A program made the position numbers and the translations under genes. From a bacterium (lineage in GTDB: Bacteria > SAR324 > NAC60-12): a DNA stretch of 64,000 bases. The DNA is taken from NCBI GenBank assembly GCA_965205865.1, contig CBDBHR010000027.1, positions 128,001 to 192,000 of the forward strand, in the 5' to 3' direction. The stretch's first letter is position 1; every line of letters begins with the position of its first letter. Below, one piece after another: positions 52,941-62,844 of the stretch. Under the pieces are notes generated by a model that was not told where the DNA came from, ran no database searches, and saw only the letters and a program-made list of their open reading frames with translations.

Positions 52941-53968
52941 AAGGCGGCCAGTTTGTTTTCTAATTCTTGGAGCAAATTGAGATTATCTTCCACTTCTTTG
53001 GCAATCATGTCGTTCAGTTCCAAATCGATACACTGCTGGGCTTGTTTGATGGCACTGCGGATGGTTCCAGCCTCAGAATCACCATGACAAACAATTACGG
53101 TACCTCGGATTCCCAACAACGGTGCGCCACCGAATTTTTTGTAATCCACGCGCTCCTTCAACGCCTGTAAAGAACGCCTCATTCCAGGATAGCTTAATTT
53201 TGCTAAAAAGGATTGGGAGACCTCTTCCCGAAGGATTGCTTGGATGAAATCCGCTGCTCCTTCTGCCACCTTGAGGGTCACGTTTCCCACAAAGCCATCG
53301 CATACTATGACATCCGCTTTCCCTTGAAACATGTCTTTGCCTTCTATATTGCCTCTAAAATTGAGCGTACTTTTCTTGAGCAACGAATATGCCTCTTTGA
53401 CTAAGGCGTTCCCCTTTCCTTCTTCCTCACCATTGTTTAAAAGGGCGATTTGAGGGAACTTGTGATCAAAAAGGAATCGAGCATACGCATCTCCCATCAG
53501 GGCAAATTGGAGCAGATACACTGGTTTACAATCTGTATTTGCCCCCATGTCCAGTATGATGAATGGATCTTTAATAGAAGGCATAACTACCGCAAAGGCT
53601 GGACGGGTAATATGTTTGATCGCTTTTAAAACGAATTTGGCCGTTGCCATGGTAACCCCGGAATGACCAGCAGAAACAACGGCATCCACCTCTTTGTTCT
53701 TATGCAGATCCAGAGCGACACGGATTGAAGAATCTTTTTTCTGTCGAAGCACAAGTGCTGGAGATTCCTCCATCTCCACCGTTTCCGAACAATTCACAAT
53801 TTGAAGTTTGCGATGATCGTAATGGTGTTTTTTCAGTTCAGCTTCCAGTTCCGGTTGTTTGCCAACCAAGATTACTTCAATGCCATATTCATTGAGTGCA
53901 GCAACGGCTCCTGCAATTGGAACGGCAGCTGTGTAGTCACTTCCCATTGCATCTATCGCAATTGCCAT
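52937..53968 (-). CDS. plsX: Phosphate acyltransferase PlsX
   Basis: IAIDAMGSD, LDMGAN, VCDGFVGN, GGAPLLG. Confidence 0.96.
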   Translation of the reverse strand: MAIAIDAMGSDYTAAVPIAGAVAALNEYGIEVILVGKQPELEAELKKHHYDHRKLQIVNCSETVEMEESPALVLRQKKDSSIRVALDLHKNKEVDAVVSAGHSGVTMATAKFVLKAIKHITRPAFAVVMPSIKDPFIILDMGANTDCKPVYLLQFALMGDAYARFLFDHKFPQIALLNNGEEEGKGNALVKEAYSLLKKSTLNFRGNIEGKDMFQGKADVIVCDGFVGNVTLKVAEGAADFIQAILREEVSQSFLAKLSYPGMRRSLQALKERVDYKKFGGAPLLGIRGTVIVCHGDSEAGTIRSAIKQAQQCIDLELNDMIAKEVEDNLNLLQELENKLAAF

Positions 53969-54012
53969 GACTCTCCTTAATCGCCTTCGTGAATTGAGTA
54001 GCTCTGCAAAAA

Positions 54013-54195
54013 CTAGTTGCTTTCAGTTTCTAAAACAGCGATTCCTTTATAATATCCGCAATGTGGACAAACTCGATGAGGAAGGATCAATGCGCGACAA
54101 TTGGTGCAGACACTCAATCCGGGTTCACGCAGTTTGATATGCGCCCTTCTTGAATTTCGTTTCCATCGCGACGTTCTGCGCTTGGGTACGGCCAT
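54013..54195 (-). CDS. rpmF: 50S ribosomal protein L32
   Basis: MAVPKRRTS, CxxC...HRVCPHCGYY. Confidence 0.96.
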   Translation of the reverse strand: MAVPKRRTSRWKRNSRRAHIKLREPGLSVCTNCRALILPHRVCPHCGYYKGIAVLETESN

Positions 54196-54276
54196 GATTT
54201 ACTCCAAAGGTGATGAATTATGTTAAGAATCCAGTTCTGAAATTGGCTCCATGCCGATAGGACCAACGTTTATCGG

Positions 54277-54801
54277 TCACTGGATTAAACAGGAAAAAGG
54301 ATGATGAGCATTGTCCGGTGGGTGACAAACGCATGTCTGAGTATTGAGATTGTTGCCACATTGGGGACAGATACCCCGACAATCCTCCGAACAGACCCTT
54401 TTCATCGGAAGTCCCAATAAGATCTGCTCTTCCACAATTTTTTGTAAATCCAAGCATTCGCCTTGATAAATCCCCACATCCAGTTCTTCGCCGGATAACA
54501 TGACGTCCCCCGACAGCTCCTTGTCTGATTCGGCTGGGGACAGCGTCAACTCCAGGGTTTCATTTTGAAAATATCGATAGGATTCCAAACATCGATCACA
54601 ATTGAATATCATCTCTCCTTCGACTACCCCCTTGACAAAAAAGAATCTGTCTTGGCGCGAAATTTGGAGCCGAAATAGTGCTCCATGGGGCTGATTCCCA
54701 ATTGCAGTGAGAATATCTTCCATGTTCTCATAAGGAATCTTTCCTTGATATTTGAGAGATTTCCCTTCACCAATATCCCGAATGCGTACCTGTAAATCCA
54801 T
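54277..54801 (-). CDS. YceD/DUF177 family protein
   Basis: CDRCL, CSEDCRGICPQCGNNLN; upstream of rpmF-plsX. Confidence 0.9.
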   Translation of the reverse strand: MDLQVRIRDIGEGKSLKYQGKIPYENMEDILTAIGNQPHGALFRLQISRQDRFFFVKGVVEGEMIFNCDRCLESYRYFQNETLELTLSPAESDKELSGDVMLSGEELDVGIYQGECLDLQKIVEEQILLGLPMKRVCSEDCRGICPQCGNNLNTQTCVCHPPDNAHHPFSCLIQ

Positions 54802-54869
54802 TGGTCTCGTTCACCGGCTCTTTTCGTGGCAATTTAAGAATATCTCTAATGACGGAAACAACAGCTCCG

Positions 54870-55175
54870 TCAATAACCCAATTCCGCCCGTCTTTCGTCG
54901 GCAGTGGGCAAGGGATCTTTCTTTTCTGTAATTACAGGGTATTTCTCACACATTTCCGCATTGAGTTCCGTCCATTCTTCCCAATTTTGAGGAACATCCA
55001 CATCCGCAAAAATTGCTTCTACGGGACATTCTTCTACGCATGCGTTGCAGTCGATGCAAGTCTCCGGATTGATATAGAGCATTGTTGGCCCTTCGTGGAA
55101 GGCTTCTACCGGACATACTTCAACACAGTCCGTGTATTTACAATTGTTACAGTTATCAACTACCGTGTAGGTCAT
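54870..55175 (-). CDS. Ferredoxin (FdxA-like dicluster)
   Basis: CKYTDCVEVCPV, CIDCNACVEECPV. Confidence 0.92.
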   Translation of the reverse strand: MTYTVVDNCNNCKYTDCVEVCPVEAFHEGPTMLYINPETCIDCNACVEECPVEAIFADVDVPQNWEEWTELNAEMCEKYPVITEKKDPLPTADERRAELGY

Positions 55176-55376
55176 GCTCAACTCCCAACAGATATGAAGA
55201 ATTTTTCAGATGATAAGAATGTTCGTTGATGAGCGATCAATGGGATACGCCAAACCGAACGATTTGCAGGTTTCAATCGAGGTAATTTAGGGCAACTTCA
55301 ATAAAGATGCAATGCTTATTTAGATGGATGTGAACCGGGAATAAAGAAGATAACAAAGTAATTCACTGTTCGAACT

Positions 55377-55451
55377 TGGCTGGGGTGGCAGGGATCGAAC
55401 CTGCGTATGACGGGATCAAAACCCGCTGCCTTACCGCTTGGCGACACCCCA
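55377..55451 (-). tRNA. tRNA-Gln (TTG)
   Basis: TGGGGTGTCGCCAAGCGGTAAGGCAGCGGGTTTTGATCCCGTCATACGCAGGTTCGATCCCTGCCACCCCAGCCA; cloverleaf, encoded CCA. Confidence 0.96.
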
Positions 55452-55828
55452 AAATGAGAAGACAGATTAGTGAAATTCCGAGTTTTTGTCAAGATTTACA
55501 GTGCTCTCGGCAATGCTAATTCTGAAATCTCGACAATCTTGGTTTAAAATTTAAAATTATTTATCATGAATTCATACAAGAAATCACATTCACATTGAAT
55601 TTGAAGGACTCCATCCAGTTTTTACCCACATTGGAGTTCCTTTTCCCTGAAAATTGATTCTTGCCGATAGATCCAAAATGTTCTCCCTCATAGAGCTTTG
55701 CTTGTGAAATAACAGCTTATATGAGATAAATTGCTGATGGAATACAAGATTGAAGAAAGACTCGCAACAAAACAGTGCTTTTTTTTATGACAGGTCGATC
55801 AACTCTCATTCAGAACGGGATGTTTTTC

Positions 55829-56548
55829 ATGTGGAAATTCTCTCTTTTGCTCACGATTTCGGTGATTCTGCTCCCCGCGGCAACTCATTCTTTTTTTGAT
55901 AGATTCGTACAAGATGATTTGCAAAAGAAAATACTTCCCATGCTGGATGATCCTTTGCTGGAAAATCGATTTTTTGCCACTCAGTCACTGTTGAATTTTC
56001 CGGAATGGTCTCTTCCCCTCATTCGCAGAGCTATTCAGGATCCACAGTTTCAAACCATCCATTGGCGCCTGGCTTATTTGTTGAGTGTTCTAGGTGCGCA
56101 AGCAGACATTCCTTTGCTGTTAAAAGGAATGCCTGCAGAGCATTTTTCCTTACAAAGCAAAATCTGGAAAGGGGCTGCGGAACGTCTTTTTTGGAGACAC
56201 CGACGGAGTATGAGTCGGCGTTACATCATTTCCCGTCTTCGGTTTTTGCCAGAGCAGCGCAGTGAAGAGATTGTGAAAGGCAAATTGCTCTATAAGATCG
56301 TCAATCCCGACAGTGAAGGACGCTTGGTGCATGTACATTTTGATTTATGGCATGCCCGCTTGGAAGAAGCATCCTTCCCCTCTTTTTATTGGATCGAGGC
56401 AGGTCGTGATCTTGAAGCGGAAATCCCCCTCACTATTAGCACGTCGCCCGGGTCGAGTTCCCTGCGAATTGACTTGAAAGTGGAAGAAGTCGGTACCAAT
56501 CAGGGCTTCGTCCATCACAAAATACGGATCCCTCTCCCTCGTCAATAA
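55829..56548 (+). CDS. Hypothetical secreted protein with HEAT-like helical N-domain
   Basis: Signal peptide-like start, LAYLLSVLG..DIPLL; start uncertain. Confidence 0.6.
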   Translation: MWKFSLLLTISVILLPAATHSFFDRFVQDDLQKKILPMLDDPLLENRFFATQSLLNFPEWSLPLIRRAIQDPQFQTIHWRLAYLLSVLGAQADIPLLLKGMPAEHFSLQSKIWKGAAERLFWRHRRSMSRRYIISRLRFLPEQRSEEIVKGKLLYKIVNPDSEGRLVHVHFDLWHARLEEASFPSFYWIEAGRDLEAEIPLTISTSPGSSSLRIDLKVEEVGTNQGFVHHKIRIPLPRQ

Positions 56549-56757
56549 ATGAAGGACTATCCGTTCTCCGATTTTTTCCAAGTACGAAAACAATAAATTA
56601 ATTCTAAGGTGCTGCCAGATTGTCGGAACATACGTAATCGTGACTTTTGTAGAAAAAAGTGAGAAATAAAAAAGAGAGCAAGAAGGTCAGGCCATTCAGA
56701 CTTTGAGGGAATCAAACACTGGCAGTACATTTTCCGCACATCGTACGCATCTCAATA

Positions 56758-57804
56758 TCACTTCGTTTGCGTTTGTCTTTCCAATTCTCTGATGGGAAGA
56801 AAGGGAAGAAAATTCCTGCCTAATTGGGGATCCGCAATCACTTTGTTTACATGAGGCAGGATCTCCTCCATGGTTTCGATCCGAATCCTTTCTTTTGTAA
56901 TTTCTTTCGCTTCTTTATACTCTTCATAAATAGAATTGAACCGTTGTGCTTTTCCGGCGGCGATGAGGACCGTTTTTTCTGCGTAGGCCTGTGAATCATT
57001 GAGTAGTTGAGCGGCTTCCCCGCGAGCTTTAGGTATCAGATTGTTCCGGTATCCATGGGCTTCATTAATCATTTTTTCCCGGTCTTCTTTAGCGCTGGCA
57101 ACATCTTTGAATGCTTCTTTTACAGGATCAGGCGGATGCACATCCTGCAATTTGACATTCTCGATTTTTATACCAGCAATATAGGTGTTCAAAACTCTTT
57201 GTAACAATTGAGCAGTTTCTAACTCAATGGCACCCTTTCCCGTAGTAATGGCATCGTCAACCGTCGTTCTGCCAATCACTTCACGCATGGCCGCTTCCGA
57301 AGCAGCGCGCACGGTATCCAGAGGATCCGTGACATTGAAGAGATATTCAGGCAATGAAACAATCCGGAACTGAACAATGAAGGAGACGTCAATAATGTTT
57401 TCATCACCTGTTAACATCAATGCTTCTTTGGTAACTCGCCGGTATCGCGCCGGTGGTCCTTGTTCAATCGTCCGGAAACCAATTTCAATACGACGAACTT
57501 CCTTGACGTTTTCTATTAAGACAGATTCAAAAGGGACGGGAAAGGCTATATGAGGTCCGGGTTCCTCGATTCGGTTGAATTCACCAAATCGTTTTACCAC
57601 TGCCTGTTCCGGAGGTTCTACAATGAAAAATCCCGTCATGATCCAGACGATCAATGCTCCAATGACAATCAAGCCAAGAAAGCCACGCCCTTGAAAACGA
57701 TTTTTGAATCGGTCTTGAAGATTGTTCAAAATCTCATCCACGTTTGGTTGTGCCGGTTTTTTGCCCCACGGCGATTTATCGGGCGGTTTATTCCATGAAT
57801 CCAT
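56758..57804 (-). CDS. hflK: FtsH modulator HflK
   Basis: MLTGDENI, PDPVKEAFKDV, IPKARGEA. Confidence 0.93.
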   Translation of the reverse strand: MDSWNKPPDKSPWGKKPAQPNVDEILNNLQDRFKNRFQGRGFLGLIVIGALIVWIMTGFFIVEPPEQAVVKRFGEFNRIEEPGPHIAFPVPFESVLIENVKEVRRIEIGFRTIEQGPPARYRRVTKEALMLTGDENIIDVSFIVQFRIVSLPEYLFNVTDPLDTVRAASEAAMREVIGRTTVDDAITTGKGAIELETAQLLQRVLNTYIAGIKIENVKLQDVHPPDPVKEAFKDVASAKEDREKMINEAHGYRNNLIPKARGEAAQLLNDSQAYAEKTVLIAAGKAQRFNSIYEEYKEAKEITKERIRIETMEEILPHVNKVIADPQLGRNFLPFLPIRELERQTQTK

Positions 57805-58195
57805 ATTTTCCGACTAATTAAAGTTGCTCTCTATCGATCTCACCCTTCCCCTGCAGGAGTTGGGTGTCAGCTTTAGCAATTTCTCCACTGCTGGCGAGTA
57901 AATCAGAGGAAGGGAAACGATTAGTCTTCTTTTCCGCCTTATTCATTTCTGTATACCAATTGACTTCTCGTCCGGAAGCGATTACTCGTTTCATAATTAA
58001 GAGAATTACATATTGGAGAAATTTACGCAAGTTTTTTGTTCGTGAAGGAAAGTTTTTGAGATTGCCGTTTTTATTCTTGCAGTGGTAACGTATGCCTTAT
58101 GCTCTGTTTTACTGCATACGGAAACCACAACAAAAGAAATGAAAAAATTTCGTCGTACCGTTCAATGAATCCTCTTACCGCCATCAGGGAAATCA

Positions 58196-59101
58196 ATGAC
58201 AGCGAAAATTATATCCGGAATCCGCTTGCGTGAAGTAATTCTGGAAGAAATTACCGGAGAAGTCCGGCTGATACGGGAAAAACATGGCGTGGTTCCGGGT
58301 TTGGTCACTATTTTAGTGGGAAATGACCCTGCTTCAGTCTCTTATGTCTCCTCGAAAATAAAAACGGCTCACCATGTGGGCTTTCATGAAATTCAGGATA
58401 GTCGACCGGAGATCATCACTGAAGCAGACTTGTTGGCATTGATTGATCATTACAATCACGATGAGCTTATTCACGGAATTTTGGTACAACTCCCCTTACC
58501 GAAACAGATCAATGAATCCAATATTATCAATGCAATCGATCCGGACAAGGATGTCGACGGCTTGCATCCCATTAATACAGGTCGACTCGTCATCGGAGGT
58601 GATATGGTTCGCTTTCCTTCCTGCACGCCTGCTGGGATTCTGGAGATGATCATCCGCTCAGGCGTGCAAACCCAAGGGGCCGAAGTGGTGGTGGTGGGAC
58701 GATCCAATTTGGTGGGAAAGCCCATTGCCAACATGTTGCTGCAAAAAGCAAAAGGCGCTAATGCCACCGTCACCGTCGTACACACAGCCACAAAAAATAT
58801 GGCAGTGCATTGTAGACGGGCTGATATTCTGATCGTGGCCGCCGGTGTCCCGAACCTGGTACAATCCGACTGGATCAAACCCGGTGCCTGTGTCATAGAT
58901 GTGGGCACGAACAGAGTGGGGCTGAAAATAAGCAAAAAAACCGGAAATTCAGTCGCGATTTTAAAAGGAGACGTGGACTTCGAAACTGCAAAAGAGGTGG
59001 CAGGTCATATCACTCCCGTGCCTGGTGGAGTTGGACCTATGACCATCACGATGCTCATGAGGAATACATTGAACTCCTTAAAGTTCAAATTGGGCATCTG
59101 A
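58196..59101 (+). CDS. folD: Methylenetetrahydrofolate dehydrogenase/cyclohydrolase
   Basis: KDVDGLHP, GRSNLVGKP, ITPVPGGVGPMT. Confidence 0.97.
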   Translation: MTAKIISGIRLREVILEEITGEVRLIREKHGVVPGLVTILVGNDPASVSYVSSKIKTAHHVGFHEIQDSRPEIITEADLLALIDHYNHDELIHGILVQLPLPKQINESNIINAIDPDKDVDGLHPINTGRLVIGGDMVRFPSCTPAGILEMIIRSGVQTQGAEVVVVGRSNLVGKPIANMLLQKAKGANATVTVVHTATKNMAVHCRRADILIVAAGVPNLVQSDWIKPGACVIDVGTNRVGLKISKKTGNSVAILKGDVDFETAKEVAGHITPVPGGVGPMTITMLMRNTLNSLKFKLGI

Positions 59102-59128
59102 ATCAGTTGTCTGAAAGCAGGACGATTT

Positions 59129-60136
59129 CTATCCGTTTTGTGATCTGGTTTTGGCTGGAGAGTCCCTGTGGTCAAAAATCCAGCGCAAAACGCCGCCAAG
59201 GCTGAATCGGGAGGTTTGTTCTTTGAGGTAGGTCGTCGTTCCCGTGATTTCTCCCGCAACCAGTATACCACTTTCAACGGCAGGGCCGATTCCCTCTCCT
59301 AAATCGACCGAAGCCAGTCCCGCTGAATCGCCGACGAGAAAACAGCGATCTTTTTTTACGCTCCCTTCATAGGCAAACAAATAATAAGGATGCCCCTTGT
59401 CCTTGATTTGTCCAGCCGTATCCGGGTCTAATAAATTTCCTTTTACCAAATCCTTTAGAAAAGAGCGATAATGGTCATGAATGTTCGTTGCGGATTCTTT
59501 AAAATAGCGGCTCATACCTCCTAGTCCAATATTCACAAACCCATTACCCTTTGGCACATACCAGGCGTATCCTTTCAATCCCCGGGGAAAGAAATATAGG
59601 TGACAGATGTCTTGACGGGCAGGATATTCAAATTCATATTCCAGCGTGGCGATTTGGAGTTCTTTATTGTGGACATCAGGAAAAAAACTTTTCCTTACCG
59701 GGCACATAGTCCCTCCGGCACCCACTAAATTATTACAGGAATACTGACCGTCAATGATGTATTGTCCACCTATTTTTCCGATTTTTTTCACGTGATGTCG
59801 CTCGACAGGAGTTCCGGAACGTTTTAACAGCCACTGATCAAATTCAATACGCCGGATGGAAAAATTGGACCAACGTGTGGGAAACCAGGAAAGAGAAAAA
59901 GGAAGAAAAGGGAGATGTATTCTGGTATCCAATTCCGAAATGGGGTGAGGATAGTCCTCCGTGGTGAATTTCAGATCCTCCATCACCTTGGCCGTAATCC
60001 AGCCTGCGCACAGTTTTAGGCGGGGAAACGTCTGTTTATCCAGAATCAGGACATCACTCCCGGTATTCTTGAGTTTCCAGGCACAACTACTTCCGGCAGG
60101 GCCCCCGCCTACAATAATGGTTTCATGAAATTTCAT
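59129..60136 (-). CDS. FAD-dependent reductase, geranylgeranyl reductase family
   Basis: GGGPAGSSCA, FPRLKLCAGW, GYAWYVPK, GDSAGL..GEGI. Confidence 0.88.
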   Translation of the reverse strand: MKFHETIIVGGGPAGSSCAWKLKNTGSDVLILDKQTFPRLKLCAGWITAKVMEDLKFTTEDYPHPISELDTRIHLPFLPFSLSWFPTRWSNFSIRRIEFDQWLLKRSGTPVERHHVKKIGKIGGQYIIDGQYSCNNLVGAGGTMCPVRKSFFPDVHNKELQIATLEYEFEYPARQDICHLYFFPRGLKGYAWYVPKGNGFVNIGLGGMSRYFKESATNIHDHYRSFLKDLVKGNLLDPDTAGQIKDKGHPYYLFAYEGSVKKDRCFLVGDSAGLASVDLGEGIGPAVESGILVAGEITGTTTYLKEQTSRFSLGGVLRWIFDHRDSPAKTRSQNG

Positions 60137-60151
60137 GGTCCCCTTTGCGCA

Positions 60152-61357
60152 TTAGCGAATGGTTTGGTAACCCCCTAAAACACCTTTGCGGGATAAGACC
60201 AATTGCCAGAGCGAAATATATCTCGAGCGAAACCCTCCGGCAACTGACATTAAATAATATTTCCACATCCGGTAAAACATGCTCCTGCTCATCCCTTTCA
60301 ACTCTAAATAGTTGGGGATCTTGGCACTGCTTTGCCAATCATTGTCGAAATTCTCAAACCATGCCATCAAGGTAGTATGGTAATCCACTCCAAAATCATG
60401 CCAGTCCTCTAAGACCAGGACATTGTCGATGGCGTTGCCCAAAGATTTGGGAGAAGGAAGAGTGCTGTTAGGAAAGATGTATTTGTTGATCCAGGGATCG
60501 ACCTCGACGTCATATTGATCGGTGCCGATGGAATGCAATAAAAACAAACCGTGATCTTTCAACTGTTCTGCAACCAGACGCAGCCATGATTTGTAGTTTT
60601 TCACTCCTACATGCTCACACATCCCGATGGAAACCACTTTATCAAATTTTTGGCTGGTAGGGTTATAAATATGTCGATCTCTGTAATCACAAAGATGAAA
60701 TTCAGCCGCGTCTTTGCAGTATTCGCGCGCAAACTTGATTTGCTCTTCAGAAATGTTGACCGATACAAGGTGACAACCATATTTTTCGGAGGCATATTTT
60801 GCAAATCCTCCCCAACCGCACCCCATCTCAAGCACTTGTTCTCCTTCCTGCAGTCCGAGTTTCCGGCATATCAAATCGTATTTTGCATATTGGGCTTCAT
60901 CGAGGGTTTTGGCATCTTTCCAGTAGGCACAGGTATATGCCATGGTTTTTCCCAGCATCTCCCGGTACATTTCGTTGCTCAAATTATAATGAATTTCAGC
61001 AACTTTTTTTGATCGTGTCCGAGATTGACGATTGAGCAAAAAAGCCTCCGTCCATGTCCGCAGGTAGCGTAAAGGATGGTCCAACAAGTTGCGTTTGTGC
61101 AGCAGAGTAATGCGATAGAAAAACTCGTCCAACTGTTCGCAGTCCCACCACTCTTCCATATAGCATTCACCCAGACCAATGGAACCCTGAGTAAACAAAC
61201 GATTATACAAACGCTCATCCTTCACTTGAAGGTCCCAAGGATTGCTTCCGTTGATCTGAATACCAGCCTTATTAGCAATCTCATGGATCAGTTCTCTTGC
61301 TCTTTTCTTCCTTCCTATTTGAGTAGTTAGTCCTTCTACTAAAACCTTTGCATCCAT
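60152..61357 (-). CDS. Cfa-family fatty acyl phospholipid methyltransferase
   Basis: HYNLSN, YTCAYW, EMGCGWGG, SIGMCEHVG, WINKYIFP. Confidence 0.92.
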   Translation of the reverse strand: MDAKVLVEGLTTQIGRKKRARELIHEIANKAGIQINGSNPWDLQVKDERLYNRLFTQGSIGLGECYMEEWWDCEQLDEFFYRITLLHKRNLLDHPLRYLRTWTEAFLLNRQSRTRSKKVAEIHYNLSNEMYREMLGKTMAYTCAYWKDAKTLDEAQYAKYDLICRKLGLQEGEQVLEMGCGWGGFAKYASEKYGCHLVSVNISEEQIKFAREYCKDAAEFHLCDYRDRHIYNPTSQKFDKVVSIGMCEHVGVKNYKSWLRLVAEQLKDHGLFLLHSIGTDQYDVEVDPWINKYIFPNSTLPSPKSLGNAIDNVLVLEDWHDFGVDYHTTLMAWFENFDNDWQSSAKIPNYLELKGMSRSMFYRMWKYYLMSVAGGFRSRYISLWQLVLSRKGVLGGYQTIR

Positions 61358-61381
61358 AACATCACTCCAAACATTTTTTTA

Positions 61382-62314
61382 TCAATTGCATAACTCCATC
61401 AATTCACGAAGATCCGCTACCCTTCCCGGGCTTCGGGATGATTTTTGACAATTTCCAGAATTTTCTGAGAGAATTTGACCAATCATCTTATCTTTTTCCT
61501 CCCAGAGGGTCAGAACCCATGGTTTGAGTCTGCCATGCGGGATAGGCAACTCACGCACATGGATGATGATCACAGAAACCTTACCACACAACATGTCCCA
61601 TAAACGGGGAGAGGGGCGGTTTGGATAGACAATCGTGATATCCAGAATTGCAGTGAGATATTCCCTCAAGTTTGACAAAACAATAGCCGCAGTGCCAAAT
61701 CGTGGCTTTAGCAGATATCGATAAGAAAAGGATTGTTCTTTCTGCTTTGCTTCGCTGAAGCGAGTGCCTTCCGGAAAATTGAGGATGGAAAAGGGAGCTT
61801 TTTTCAACTTCCGACAAACTTTGCGAGTGGTTTTCAAATCCCTACCGCGCAATTCCGGGTGCCGTTTTAAACTATCCGGAGAATAGCGTTTCATCATGGG
61901 AAAATCCAGAGCCCACAGAGAAGTGCCAATGAAAGGTAACCAAATCAATTCCTGTTTGATAAAAAACTTAAGAGGTGGAATCCGATGGATCAAGCTGCAT
62001 TGTAATCCGAGAATGTCAATCCAACTAAGATGATTGGAGATCACCAAATAAGACCCATGTGGATTGAGCTTCTCCATCCCTTGGATTTTCCAATCAATTT
62101 TTTGAGTGAGCCTGAATACGAGGCGGTTTCCATCCGTCCATGCCGTTAAGAGCTTTTCCAGAGTGTGAGTCAAATGGTTTTGCAATTTTGCATGAGGAAT
62201 TGCAATTTTGAATAGAGTGACCGTGGAAATCGGAATGAACCAAATTATGGTATTACAGCAAATTAAAAAAATGGTAACACAACCCAATATCCATGGTGGT
62301 AAGAAATGCAGCAT
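61382..62314 (-). CDS. PlsC/YihG-like acyltransferase
   Basis: NHLSWID (Hx4D), FPEGTRF. Confidence 0.9.
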   Translation of the reverse strand: MLHFLPPWILGCVTIFLICCNTIIWFIPISTVTLFKIAIPHAKLQNHLTHTLEKLLTAWTDGNRLVFRLTQKIDWKIQGMEKLNPHGSYLVISNHLSWIDILGLQCSLIHRIPPLKFFIKQELIWLPFIGTSLWALDFPMMKRYSPDSLKRHPELRGRDLKTTRKVCRKLKKAPFSILNFPEGTRFSEAKQKEQSFSYRYLLKPRFGTAAIVLSNLREYLTAILDITIVYPNRPSPRLWDMLCGKVSVIIIHVRELPIPHGRLKPWVLTLWEEKDKMIGQILSENSGNCQKSSRSPGRVADLRELMELCN

Positions 62315-62500
62315 CGCACGATTGTAGTTGGGACTTGAAGCAAAAATGTGTGTAAAAAAATATCGAAATCAGTTATTCGACTTGAATTTAATTTCCGGAT
62401 TTTCCTTTAATTTTTATGCCGAGGAATTATTTTCTCCCACACAATAAAGGAAAATCAGTGCTGATCAAAATTATTCAGTTCGGCTAACCTCTCCAGTCCA

Positions 62501-62767
62501 TCAGTCTAGTTTACTACACCATCCCTGTAGGGTTTCAGTGACCTTAAAATATTCCAGTTGTTTGGTGATTTCCTTGGATACGGAGGATTGCGCAGTTTCT
62601 CCAATGTGGGTCCAACCATAACTGACTCCCCATACGCCGACCAGCATGAGCACAACCCAAGGCAATAAGGGCAGTCCCTGCCTGGCAAATCGGTAGAAGC
62701 CAAATATAGCTAGCAGACCTCCCGTCGTCAATAGAACCAGTGAAATCAGATCAACGTTTTCCAGCAT
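62501..62767 (-). CDS. Small hypothetical membrane protein
   Basis: 88-aa ORF with two hydrophobic helices. Confidence 0.5.
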   Translation of the reverse strand: MLENVDLISLVLLTTGGLLAIFGFYRFARQGLPLLPWVVLMLVGVWGVSYGWTHIGETAQSSVSKEITKQLEYFKVTETLQGWCSKLD

Positions 62768-62844
62768 ACCTTGCCCTTTCTTTGTAGAGGTTGATGTGAT
62801 TTAAAGATGAATTCGGTACCATCTTTTGTCAATTCAATGTTCTG

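Noticed and set aside
55377-55451. tRNA-Gln as an integration site
   Set aside because: No duplicate of its 3' end and no integrase noticed in the window.
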